The translations under genes and the position numbers were made by a program. A stretch of 64,000 bases of DNA from the NCBI RefSeq assembly GCF_003018115.1, contig NZ_CP027457.1, one strand, 5' to 3'. The stretch comes from Escherichia coli (lineage in GTDB: Bacteria > Pseudomonadota > Gammaproteobacteria > Enterobacterales > Enterobacteriaceae). This document shows, piece by piece, positions 32,515 through 45,300 of this stretch (the first letter of the stretch is position 1; each line of letters opens with the position of its first letter). A model generated the notes under the pieces. That model did not search any database, was not told the origin of the DNA, and worked only from the letters and a program-made list of their open reading frames with translations.

Positions 32515-33942
32515 ATGATGATAAATGTGCAAACTGTGGCAGTGATTGGGAGCGGCACCATGGGGGCAGGCATTGCTGAAGTTGCTGCCAGTCATGGACA
32601 CCAGGTTTTACTGTATGACATTTCTGCTGAAGCGCTGACCCGCGCAATCGACGGGATACACGCGCGGCTAAATTCACGCGTGACGCGGGGAAAACTGACT
32701 GCTGAAACCTGTGAACGCACATTGAAACGCCTGATCCCGGTGACCGATATTCACGCGCTGGCAGCTGCGAATCTGGTTATTGAAGCGGCGTCTGAACGTC
32801 TGGAAGTCAAAAAAGCGCTCTTTGCACAGCTGGCGGAAGTTTGCCCGCCACAAACGCTATTGACCACTAACACTTCGTCAATCTCTATAACCGCGATTGC
32901 TGCGGAGGTAAAAAATCCTGAACGTGTTGCGGGGCTGCATTTTTTTAACCCGGCACCGGTGATGAAGTTGGTGGAGGTGGTCAGTGGGCTGGCAACGGCA
33001 GCGGAAGTTGTTGAGCAGTTGTGTGAACTGACATTGAGTTGGGGTAAGCAGCCTGTGCGCTGTCATTCGACTCCTGGATTTATCGTTAACCGTGTTGCGC
33101 GTCCTTATTATTCCGAGGCCTGGCGGGCACTGGAAGAGCAGGTTGCTACACCAGAAGTGATTGACGCTGCACTTCGCGATGGCGCTGGTTTCCCGATGGG
33201 GCCGCTGGAATTAACCGATCTGATTGGTCAGGACGTCAATTTTGCTGTCACCTGTTCGGTGTTTAACGCTTTCTGGCAGGAGCGTCGTTTTTTACCTTCG
33301 CTGGTGCAACAGGAACTGGTGATTGGTGGACGGTTGGGCAAGAAAAGTGGGCTGGGCGTGTACGACTGGCGCGCGGAACGTGAGGCAGTTGTTGGCCTGG
33401 AAGCGGTAAGCGACAGTTTTAGCCCAATGAAAGTAGAAAAGAAAAGTGACGGTGTCACAGAAATTGACGATGTTTTATTGATTGAGACACAAGGCGAGAC
33501 GGCACAGGCGCTGGCAATACGACTGGCACGCCCGGTGGTAGTAGTCGACAAAATGGCGGGCAAGGTGGTGACCATTGCTGCGGCAGCGGTGAACCCGGAC
33601 TCAGCGACCCGCAAGGCCATTTATTACCTGCAACAGCAGGGCAAAACAGTGCTGCAAATTGCAGATTACCCAGGAATGCTGATTTGGCGAACGGTAGCAA
33701 TGATCATCAATGAAGCCCTTGATGCGCTGCAAAAAGGCGTGGCCTCTGAACAGGATATCGATACCGCCATGCGTCTTGGGGTGAATTATCCATATGGCCC
33801 GCTTGCCTGGGGAGCGCAACTTGGCTGGCAGCGAATATTAAGGCTCCTGGAAAATCTACAACATCACTATGGCGAAGAACGCTATCGCCCATGTTCATTG
33901 CTGCGCCAACGGGCGCTTCTGGAGAGCGGTTATGAGTCATAA
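32515..33942 (+). CDS. paaH: 3-hydroxyadipyl-CoA dehydrogenase
   Basis: 475-aa form starting MMINVQTVAVIGSGTMGAGIA (Rossmann GxGxxG); track ORF extends 40 codons upstream into paaG. Confidence 0.9.
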   Translation: MMINVQTVAVIGSGTMGAGIAEVAASHGHQVLLYDISAEALTRAIDGIHARLNSRVTRGKLTAETCERTLKRLIPVTDIHALAAANLVIEAASERLEVKKALFAQLAEVCPPQTLLTTNTSSISITAIAAEVKNPERVAGLHFFNPAPVMKLVEVVSGLATAAEVVEQLCELTLSWGKQPVRCHSTPGFIVNRVARPYYSEAWRALEEQVATPEVIDAALRDGAGFPMGPLELTDLIGQDVNFAVTCSVFNAFWQERRFLPSLVQQELVIGGRLGKKSGLGVYDWRAEREAVVGLEAVSDSFSPMKVEKKSDGVTEIDDVLLIETQGETAQALAIRLARPVVVVDKMAGKVVTIAAAAVNPDSATRKAIYYLQQQGKTVLQIADYPGMLIWRTVAMIINEALDALQKGVASEQDIDTAMRLGVNYPYGPLAWGAQLGWQRILRLLENLQHHYGEERYRPCSLLRQRALLESGYES

Positions 33943-34354
33943 GGCCTGGCAAAATGCCCATGCAATGTATGAGAACGATGCCTGCGCCAAAGCGCTTGGC
34001 ATCGACATTATCTCAATGGATGAAGGCTTTGCTGTAGTGACCATGACCGTCACTGCACAAATGCTTAATGGTCATCAAAGTTGCCACGGCGGGCAGCTAT
34101 TTTCACTGGCTGATACTGCCTTTGCCTACGCCTGCAATAGCCAGGGGCTGGCAGCCGTCGCTTCTGCCTGCACGATTGATTTTTTGCGTCCAGGCTTTGC
34201 CGGAGACACCTTAACTGCTACTGCGCAGGTACGTCATCAGGGCAAGCAAACCGGTGTTTACGACATCGAAATTGTTAACCAACAACAAAAAACGGTTGCG
34301 CTGTTTCGCGGTAAATCTCACCGCATCGGCGGCACCATTACAGGAGAAGCCTGA
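33932..34354 (+). CDS. paaI: Hotdog-fold acyl-CoA thioesterase PaaI
   Basis: 140-aa form starting MSHKAWQNAHAMYEND; overlaps the paaH 3' end by about 11 nt. Confidence 0.85.
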   Translation: MSHKAWQNAHAMYENDACAKALGIDIISMDEGFAVVTMTVTAQMLNGHQSCHGGQLFSLADTAFAYACNSQGLAAVASACTIDFLRPGFAGDTLTATAQVRHQGKQTGVYDIEIVNQQQKTVALFRGKSHRIGGTITGEA

Positions 34355-35559
34355 TGCGTGAAGCCTTTATTTGTGACGGAATTCGTACGCCAATTGGTCG
34401 CTACGGTGGGGGATTATCAGGTGTTCGGGCTGATGATCTGGCTGCTATCCCTTTGCGGGAACTGCTGGTGCGAAACCCGCGTCTCGATGCGGAATGTATC
34501 GATGATGTGATCCTCGGCTGTGCTAATCAGGCGGGAGAAGATAACCGTAACGTAGCCCGGATGGCGACTTTACTGGCGGGGCTGCCGCAGAGTGTTTCCG
34601 GCACAACCATTAACCGCTTGTGTGGTTCCGGGCTGGACGCACTGGGGTTTGCCGCACGGGCGATTAAAGCGGGCGATGGCGACTTGCTGATCGCCGGTGG
34701 CGTGGAATCAATGTCACGAGCGCCGTTTGTTATGGGCAAGGCAGCCAGTGCATTTTCTCGTCAGGCTGAGATGTTCGATACCACTATTGGCTGGCGATTT
34801 GTGAACCCGCTCATGGCTCAACAATTTGGAACTGACAGCATGCCGGAAACGGCAGAAAATGTAGCTGAACTGTTAAAAATCTCACGAGAAGATCAAGATA
34901 GTTTTGCACTACGCAGTCAGCAACGTACGGCAAAAGCGCAATCCTCAGGCATTCTGGCTGAGGAGATTGTTCCGGTTGTGTTGAAAAACAAGAAAGGTGT
35001 TGTAACAGAAATACAACATGATGAGCATCTGCGCCCGGAAACGACACTGGAACAGTTACGTGGGCTGAAAGCACCGTTTCGTGCCAATGGGGTGATCACC
35101 GCAGGCAATGCCTCCGGGGTGAATGACGGAGCCGCTGCGTTGATTATTGCCAGTGAACAGATGGCAGCAGCGCAAGGACTGACACCGCGAGCGCGTATCG
35201 TAGCCATGGCAACCGCCGGGGTGGAACCGCGCCTGATGGGGCTTGGTCCGGTGCCTGCAACTCGCCGGGTGCTGGAACGCGCGGGGCTGAGTATTCACGA
35301 TATGGACGTGATTGAACTGAACGAAGCATTCGCGGCCCAGGCGTTGGGTGTACTACGCGAATTGGGGCTGCCTGATGATGCCCCACATGTTAACCCCAAC
35401 GGAGGCGCTATCGCCTTAGGCCATCCGTTGGGAATGAGTGGTGCCCGCCTGGCACTGGCTGCCAGCCATGAGCTGCATCGGCGTAACGGTCGTTACGCAT
35501 TGTGCACCATGTGCATCGGTGTCGGTCAGGGCATCGCCATGATTCTGGAGCGTGTTTGA
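34354..35559 (+). CDS. paaJ: 3-oxoadipyl-CoA / 3-oxo-5,6-dehydrosuberyl-CoA thiolase
   Basis: 401-aa thiolase; active-site region [10 protein letters not shown] and C-terminal GLGPV...CIGVGQG. Confidence 0.9.
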   Translation: MREAFICDGIRTPIGRYGGGLSGVRADDLAAIPLRELLVRNPRLDAECIDDVILGCANQAGEDNRNVARMATLLAGLPQSVSGTTINRLCGSGLDALGFAARAIKAGDGDLLIAGGVESMSRAPFVMGKAASAFSRQAEMFDTTIGWRFVNPLMAQQFGTDSMPETAENVAELLKISREDQDSFALRSQQRTAKAQSSGILAEEIVPVVLKNKKGVVTEIQHDEHLRPETTLEQLRGLKAPFRANGVITAGNASGVNDGAAALIIASEQMAAAQGLTPRARIVAMATAGVEPRLMGLGPVPATRRVLERAGLSIHDMDVIELNEAFAAQALGVLRELGLPDDAPHVNPNGGAIALGHPLGMSGARLALAASHELHRRNGRYALCTMCIGVGQGIAMILERV

Positions 35560-35585
35560 GCATATCAACCTGCGAGTACCCTACA

Positions 35586-36899
35586 ATGATAACCAATACA
35601 AAGCTTGACCCGATTGAAACCGCGTCTGTTGATGAGTTACAGGCGTTGCAAACACAGCGTCTGAAATGGACGCTCAAACACGCGTATGAAAATGTCCCGA
35701 TGTATCGGCGCAAATTCGACGCAGCAGGCGTACATCCTGATGATTTCAGGGAACTTTCAGACCTGCGTAAATTTCCCTGTACCACCAAACAGGATCTGCG
35801 CGACAACTATCCTTTCGACACCTTTGCCGTGCCGATGGAACAAGTGGTGCGCATTCATGCTTCTTCGGGAACCACAGGTAAACCGACAGTTGTCGGCTAT
35901 ACGCAAAACGATATTGATAACTGGGCCAATATTGTAGCGCGTTCGTTGCGTGCGGCGGGTGGCACGCCCAAAGACAAAATTCATGTCGCCTATGGTTACG
36001 GGCTGTTTACTGGTGGGCTGGGTGCGCACTATGGTGCCGAACGTCTGGGCGCTACGGTGATCCCGATGTCTGGCGGGCAGACAGAAAAACAAGCGCAACT
36101 GATCCGCGATTTTCAACCAGATATGATCATGGTTACGCCATCTTATTGCCTTAACCTGATTGAAGAGCTGGAGCGGCAGTTGGGCGGTGATGCCAGCGGT
36201 TGCTCGCTGCGGGTTGGCGTGTTTGGTGCTGAGCCGTGGACACAGGCCATGCGTAAAGAGATTGAACGGCGTCTGGGGATCACCGCACTGGATATTTATG
36301 GCCTGTCAGAAGTGATGGGGCCGGGGGTGGCGATGGAGTGTCTGGAAACTACCGACGGCCCAACTATTTGGGAAGATCATTTCTATCCTGAAATTGTTAA
36401 TCCTCATGACGGCACACCGCTTGCCGATGGCGAACATGGCGAACTGTTATTCACCACGCTGACCAAAGAAGCATTGCCGGTCATTCGTTACCGCACGCGT
36501 GATTTAACCCGACTGTTACCAGGAACGGCGCGGACTATGCGCCGTATGGATCGCATCAGCGGACGTAGCGATGACATGTTGATCATTCGCGGTGTAAATG
36601 TCTTCCCGTCACAACTGGAAGAAGAGATTGTCAAATTTGAACATTTATCGCCGCATTACCAACTGGAGGTGAACCGCCGGGGGCATCTTGATTCACTTTC
36701 TGTGAAAGTGGAGTTGAAAGAAAGTAGCCTGACATTGACGCATGAGCAGCGTTGCCAGGTGTGCCACCAGCTACGCCATCGGATTAAGTCGATGGTGGGG
36801 ATTTCTACCGATGTGATGATCGTTAACTGTGGCAGTATCCCGCGTTCAGAAGGCAAGGCGTGTCGGGTGTTTGATCTGCGCAATATTGTTGGTGCCTGA
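35586..36899 (+). CDS. paaK: Phenylacetate-CoA ligase
   Basis: 437-aa form starting MITNTKLDPIETASVDELQALQ; adenylate-forming motif SSGTTGKPT; track ORF has a spurious upstream extension overlapping paaJ. Confidence 0.9.
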   Translation: MITNTKLDPIETASVDELQALQTQRLKWTLKHAYENVPMYRRKFDAAGVHPDDFRELSDLRKFPCTTKQDLRDNYPFDTFAVPMEQVVRIHASSGTTGKPTVVGYTQNDIDNWANIVARSLRAAGGTPKDKIHVAYGYGLFTGGLGAHYGAERLGATVIPMSGGQTEKQAQLIRDFQPDMIMVTPSYCLNLIEELERQLGGDASGCSLRVGVFGAEPWTQAMRKEIERRLGITALDIYGLSEVMGPGVAMECLETTDGPTIWEDHFYPEIVNPHDGTPLADGEHGELLFTTLTKEALPVIRYRTRDLTRLLPGTARTMRRMDRISGRSDDMLIIRGVNVFPSQLEEEIVKFEHLSPHYQLEVNRRGHLDSLSVKVELKESSLTLTHEQRCQVCHQLRHRIKSMVGISTDVMIVNCGSIPRSEGKACRVFDLRNIVGA

Positions 36900-36999
36900 C
36901 GTGTCGTATGGCCCTGGTGGGGTAAAGCGCCAGGGCCAGAAGTCGATACGACCTGTGCTATGATTCATAAATCACAACAATAACAACAGACTGAATCGA

Positions 37000-37950
37000 A
37001 TGAGTAAACTTGATACTTTTATCCAACATGCTGTAAACGCTGTTCCGGTCAGTGGCACATCTTTGATCTCCTCTCTGTATGGTGATTCGCTTTCCCATCG
37101 TGGTGGTGAAATCTGGCTGGGTAGTCTGGCGGCTTTGCTGGAAGGGCTGGGATTTGGTGAGCGTTTCGTGCGCACCGCTTTGTTTCGTCTTAATAAAGAA
37201 GGCTGGCTGGATGTTTCCCGCATCGGGCGACGCAGTTTCTATAGCCTCAGTGATAAAGGCTTGCGCCTGACGCGACGGGCAGAAAGTAAAATTTATCGCG
37301 CAGAGCAACCTGCATGGGATGGTAAATGGCTCCTGTTGCTCTCGGAAGGTTTAGATAAAGCGACGCTGGCTGATGTCAAAAAGCAGTTGATCTGGCAAGG
37401 TTTTGGCGCACTGGCACCCAGCCTGATGGCATCGCCGTCGCAAAAACTGGCGGATGTACAGACACTTTTGCATGAAGCGGGTGTGGCGGATAACGTGATT
37501 TGTTTTGAAGCGCAAATACCACTGGCGCTTTCTCGTGCAGCACTGCGTGCCAGAGTGGAAGAGTGCTGGCATTTAACTGAACAAAATGCCATGTACGAAA
37601 CCTTTATTCAGTCATTCCGCCCGCTGATGCCGCTGTTAAAAGAGACGGCAGACGAGTTAACCCCGGAGCGTGCATTTCATATTCAGCTTTTACTGATCCA
37701 TTTTTATCGCCGTGTCGTCCTTAAAGACCCATTGTTGCCGGAGGAGTTGCTTCCGGCTCACTGGGCAGGGCATACGGCGCGTCAGCTGTGTATCAACATT
37801 TATCAGCGCGTAGCGCCTGCTGCTTTAGCGTTCGTTAGTGAAAAAGGTGAAACCTCGGTCGGTGAACTGCCTGCGCCGGGAAGCCTGTATTTTCAACGTT
37901 TTGGCGGCTTGAATATTGAACAGGAGGCGTTATGCCAATTTATCAGATAG
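37000..37950 (+). CDS. paaX: Transcriptional repressor PaaX of the paa operon
   Basis: 316-aa [52 protein letters not shown]... Confidence 0.9.
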   Translation: MSKLDTFIQHAVNAVPVSGTSLISSLYGDSLSHRGGEIWLGSLAALLEGLGFGERFVRTALFRLNKEGWLDVSRIGRRSFYSLSDKGLRLTRRAESKIYRAEQPAWDGKWLLLLSEGLDKATLADVKKQLIWQGFGALAPSLMASPSQKLADVQTLLHEAGVADNVICFEAQIPLALSRAALRARVEECWHLTEQNAMYETFIQSFRPLMPLLKETADELTPERAFHIQLLLIHFYRRVVLKDPLLPEELLPAHWAGHTARQLCINIYQRVAPAALAFVSEKGETSVGELPAPGSLYFQRFGGLNIEQEALCQFIR

Positions 37951-38522
37951 ACGGTCTGACTCCAGTTGTGCCAGAAGAGAGTTTTGTCCATCCGACAGCG
38001 GTATTGATCGGCGATGTTATTCTCGGCAAGGGCGTTTACGTTGGGCCAAATGCCAGTCTGCGTGGCGATTTTGGTCGTATCGTGGTGAAAGATGGTGCGA
38101 ACATTCAGGATAATTGCGTTATGCACGGTTTTCCCGAGCAGGATACTGTCGTTGAAGAAGATGGACATATTGGTCATAGCGCTATCCTTCACGGCTGCAT
38201 TATCCGCCGCAATGCATTAGTGGGAATGAACGCGGTAGTGATGGACGGTGCGGTGATTGGCGAGAACAGCATTGTTGGCGCATCCACATTTGTGAAAGCC
38301 AAAGCAGAAATGCCTGCTAATTACCTGATTGTAGGCAGCCCGGCGAAAGCGATTCGTGAACTTAGTGAGCAGGAGCAGGCATGGAAAAAGCAGGGTACGC
38401 ATGAGTATCAGGTGCTGGTGACACGCTGTAAGCAGACGTTGCATCAAGTTGAGCCATTGCGGGAAGTTGAATCCGGCAGGAAACGCCTGGTATTTGATGA
38501 GAATCTGCGACCAAAACAGTAA
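37932..38522 (+). CDS. paaY: Hexapeptide-repeat thioesterase PaaY
   Basis: 196-aa left-handed beta-helix (gamma-carbonic-anhydrase-like) protein. Confidence 0.9.
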   Translation: MPIYQIDGLTPVVPEESFVHPTAVLIGDVILGKGVYVGPNASLRGDFGRIVVKDGANIQDNCVMHGFPEQDTVVEEDGHIGHSAILHGCIIRRNALVGMNAVVMDGAVIGENSIVGASTFVKAKAEMPANYLIVGSPAKAIRELSEQEQAWKKQGTHEYQVLVTRCKQTLHQVEPLREVESGRKRLVFDENLRPKQ

Positions 38523-38564
38523 CGTCCAGATACTGAACATTCTAATTTTTAGCATGTGATCCCT

Positions 38565-38600
38565 AAACCGCAACGCTGATACAGGTTGCGGTTTATTATT
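38565..38600 (+). terminator. Intrinsic terminator after paaY
   Basis: AAACCGCAAC-GCTGATACAG-GTTGCGGTTT followed by ATTATT. Confidence 0.6.
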
Positions 38601-38764
38601 GCCGGATGCGGTGCTTGATGCGTCTTTTGCTGCCTAATGTTTTGGTGTCTTTCAGGATAACAGAGCAACTCATCCAGTAATCTTGTTTACGCCTTCGCAT
38701 TATTTATCTCTTTTCGTTTCTATACTGATTTTTCTTAATCCGTTTTATTACAGGGCAGGGTGCG

Positions 38765-39625
38765 ATGAGCAGCAATACATTTACTCTCGGTACTAAATCC
38801 GTTAACCGTCTTGGTTATGGCGCGATGCAACTGGCAGGTCCTGGGGTTTTTGGTCCCCCAAGAGATCGCCACGTCGCTATAACCGTGCTGCGTGAGGCGC
38901 TGGCATTGGGCGTCAATCACATTGATACCAGCGATTTTTATGGTCCGCACGTCACCAATCAGATTATCCGCGAAGCGCTTTATCCTTACTCTGACGACCT
39001 GACAATTGTCACTAAAATTGGTGCGCGGCGTGGAGAGGACGCTTCCTGGTTGCCCGCCTTTTCTTCGGCAGAGCTGCAAAAAGCGGTACACGATAATCTA
39101 CGTAATCTCGGCCTGGACGTACTGGATGTGGTTAACCTGCGCGTGATGATGGGGGATGGTCATGGCCCAGCGGAAGGATCGATTGAAGCCAGCCTGACCG
39201 TGCTGGCAGAGATGCAACAACAAGGCCTGGTAAAACATATTGGCCTGAGCAACGTCACACCGACGCAGGTTGCAGAGGCGCGTAAGATTACCGAAATTGT
39301 CTGTGTGCAAAACGAATACAACATTGCTCATCGTGCTGATGACGCAATGATTGATGCTTTGACCCGCGAAGGTATTGCCTATGTGCCGTTCTTCCCGCTC
39401 GGGGGCTTTACGCCGCTGCAATCCGCCACGCTTTCTGATGTTGCAGCGAGCCTGGGTGCAACACCCATGCAGGTGGCGCTGGCGTGGCTGTTACAACGTT
39501 CACCGAATATTTTGCTGATCCCAGGGACGTCTTCTGTTGCGCATTTACGGGAGAATATGGCTGCTGAAAAATTGCATCTTTCTGAGGATGTGTTGTCTAC
39601 GTTGGATAGTATTTCGCGAGAATAA
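38765..39625 (+). CDS. ydbC: Aldo-keto reductase YdbC
   Basis: 286-aa ORF MSSNTFTLGTKSVNRLGYGAMQLAGPGVFG...; AKR family. Confidence 0.9.
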   Translation: MSSNTFTLGTKSVNRLGYGAMQLAGPGVFGPPRDRHVAITVLREALALGVNHIDTSDFYGPHVTNQIIREALYPYSDDLTIVTKIGARRGEDASWLPAFSSAELQKAVHDNLRNLGLDVLDVVNLRVMMGDGHGPAEGSIEASLTVLAEMQQQGLVKHIGLSNVTPTQVAEARKITEIVCVQNEYNIAHRADDAMIDALTREGIAYVPFFPLGGFTPLQSATLSDVAASLGATPMQVALAWLLQRSPNILLIPGTSSVAHLRENMAAEKLHLSEDVLSTLDSISRE

Positions 39626-39639
39626 CGAATATACAAAAG

Positions 39640-39672
39640 GGAAAGATGCATTTCCCTTTTGTTTCTTTTTTA
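39640..39672 (+). terminator. Intrinsic terminator after ydbC
   Basis: AAAGGGAAA-GATGCA-TTTCCCTTT hairpin followed by a T-rich run. Confidence 0.55.
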
Positions 39673-39688
39673 ATGGCATGGAGTGCAT

Positions 39689-39790
39689 ATGTTTAAGCCC
39701 AGGATTTGCAGCTGGATAGGTTTACTTCTCCTGTTTATGCTGAGTACTTCCAGTACAGGCGGAACTTCGATGTGTTGCAAATGCAGTTGA
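39689..39790 (+). pseudogene. Truncated signal-peptide-bearing ORF fragment (33 codons), probable remnant of a secreted protein gene (ydbD-like?)
   Basis: GGAG SD then ATG; MFKPRICSWIGLLLLFMLSTSSTGGTSMCCKCS stop; protein-like coding continues downstream in two other frames. Confidence 0.4.
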
Positions 39791-39901
39791 TATTGAACCA
39801 TTTTTTTCTGCGGCTACCGCTGAAGATAAACAACAAGTTGAACAAGCTATCAACAGTAGCGTGAATCTTGTCCCTTCGGTTTATCTGCATCGGACTGGAA
39901 A

Positions 39902-41362
39902 GTGCATCGTGGCGATTTAGTGGTAGAAGGTAATATAGAGAGTAATCAAAAATTGATTGTTCTTGGCAATTTGACAGTCAAAGGTAATATTTCCACTTTC
40001 TCTCTTTCTAATCCATGGGTTATTCTCGGTAACGTGACGGCAACGAATATAGTTACGGATTCACCACTGTTAATTACCGGTTCGATAAATGCAAGTGGAC
40101 TGGTATTTATCGACTCATATTACGATAATCCGTCTACGATTAAGGGGAGTATTAATGCGCGTGGGATATTTATCAATGACATAATTGCACCTGTTGTTGC
40201 GTCTTCGACAAATAGTGAATTCATGGTCCGTGCGAGTGACAAAAATGACACTGAAAATGTCAAAAAAGCGCTGATGATAATAAATCCTGATGCATATTAT
40301 TGGGGTCTAATTAATGATGAAGATGCTCTGAAAGAAATTTTTAAGCGAAGCAATATTCGCATGGCAGGGAATGTCTGTAATCAGATGAAAAAAGAAGCGC
40401 TGTTTCGCCCTAAGCCTTCTCCTGAGTTAGTGCAGGAATTGCAAATGCTGGATGAAGGCAACGTTGCTGCATTTGAAGGACGAGATATTGCGACATTTGA
40501 TCTTGCCATAATGCGAACTCTCCCAAGGCTTAAAGGAATTTCAGCTAACCTACGCAAACAACTTATTGTTACATTACGTATTCGTACCTGGTGGGGTATC
40601 GTCATTTGTTTTTCACTGGTGATTTCAGGTCCACGCTGGATGACGTTGACGTTTTTTGCGCTGATAAGTTTTCTGGCATTGAAAGAATATTGTACGCTTA
40701 TATCCGTACATTTTCCGCGTTGGTTATATTTGGTTATTCCTCTTAACTATTTGCTTATCGGTTTTAATTGCTTTGAGCTGTTTCTGTTATTTATACCTTT
40801 GACTGGGTTTCTGATATTAGCCACCTGGCGAGTTTTTGTGGGTGATCCCTCCGGTTTTCTGCATATCGTGAGCGCCATTTTTTGGGGCTGGATAATGACC
40901 GTTTTCGCCTTGAGTCATACCGCCTGGCTATTAATGTTGCCAACCATAAATATCCAGGGCGGGGCGTTACTGGTGTTATTTCTTTTGGCGTTAACCGGGT
41001 CAAACAATATTGCACAGTATTTATGGGGGAAATCCTGCGGCAGAAGAAAAGTGGTCCCCAAAGTCAGCCCGGGAAAAACGCTGGAAGGTCTGGTGGGGGG
41101 CGTCATCACCACCATGATTGCGTCACTGATTATTGGGCCGTTGCTGACACCGCTAAATACATTACAGGCATTATTAGCGGGTTTGTTAATTGGTATTAGT
41201 GGTTTTTGCGGCGATGTAGTGATGTCAGCCATCAAACGAGATATTGGTGTTAAAGATAGTGGAAAACTATTACCAGGACATGGCGGACTCCTTGACAGGA
41301 TTGACTCATTAATTTTCACCGCTACGGTATTTTTTTATTTTATTCGCTACTGCTGTTACTGA
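39902..41362 (+). CDS. ynbB: 486-aa protein: N-terminal beta-helical repeat domain fused to a CdsA-family (phosphatidate cytidylyltransferase-like) membrane domain; C-terminal part corresponds to YnbB
   Basis: C-terminal ~285 aa multi-TM with CdsA signature KVSPGKTLEGLVGG...LLPGHGGLLDRIDSL; N-terminal ~100 aa of G/N-punctuated beta-strand repeats (LIVLGNLTVKGNIS, ILGNVTATNIV, ITGSINASGLVFI, KGSINARGIFIN). Confidence 0.7.
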   Translation: MHRGDLVVEGNIESNQKLIVLGNLTVKGNISTFSLSNPWVILGNVTATNIVTDSPLLITGSINASGLVFIDSYYDNPSTIKGSINARGIFINDIIAPVVASSTNSEFMVRASDKNDTENVKKALMIINPDAYYWGLINDEDALKEIFKRSNIRMAGNVCNQMKKEALFRPKPSPELVQELQMLDEGNVAAFEGRDIATFDLAIMRTLPRLKGISANLRKQLIVTLRIRTWWGIVICFSLVISGPRWMTLTFFALISFLALKEYCTLISVHFPRWLYLVIPLNYLLIGFNCFELFLLFIPLTGFLILATWRVFVGDPSGFLHIVSAIFWGWIMTVFALSHTAWLLMLPTINIQGGALLVLFLLALTGSNNIAQYLWGKSCGRRKVVPKVSPGKTLEGLVGGVITTMIASLIIGPLLTPLNTLQALLAGLLIGISGFCGDVVMSAIKRDIGVKDSGKLLPGHGGLLDRIDSLIFTATVFFYFIRYCCY

Positions 41363-41377
41363 AGGAAAATAGAGAAA

Positions 41378-44441
<3,064 letters not shown>

Positions 44442-44494
44442 GTGGATTGAGATGTGGACTGAATATCTACAGTCCACATCAAGACCGTGTCCGG

Positions 44495-45109
<615 letters not shown>

Positions 45110-45300
45110 TTATAGATATTTGAATGGGCGATGCCCCGTTGCTTGTTGACACTTTATTCACAATCCTGCCACAGAGATAGCGCAATAAATCGAAGCCTAT
45201 GTTCGAATTTATTGAACAACGCATAGAAAGCTGCGATGTGGTACTCTATATCTATCATTTAAAAGAAAATTAATCAGGCAGCCTACTGCCCACTAACGTT

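Noticed and set aside
39537-39719. 60-aa ORF spanning the ydbC stop and terminator
   Set aside because: Out of frame with ydbC and running through an intrinsic terminator hairpin; no SD.
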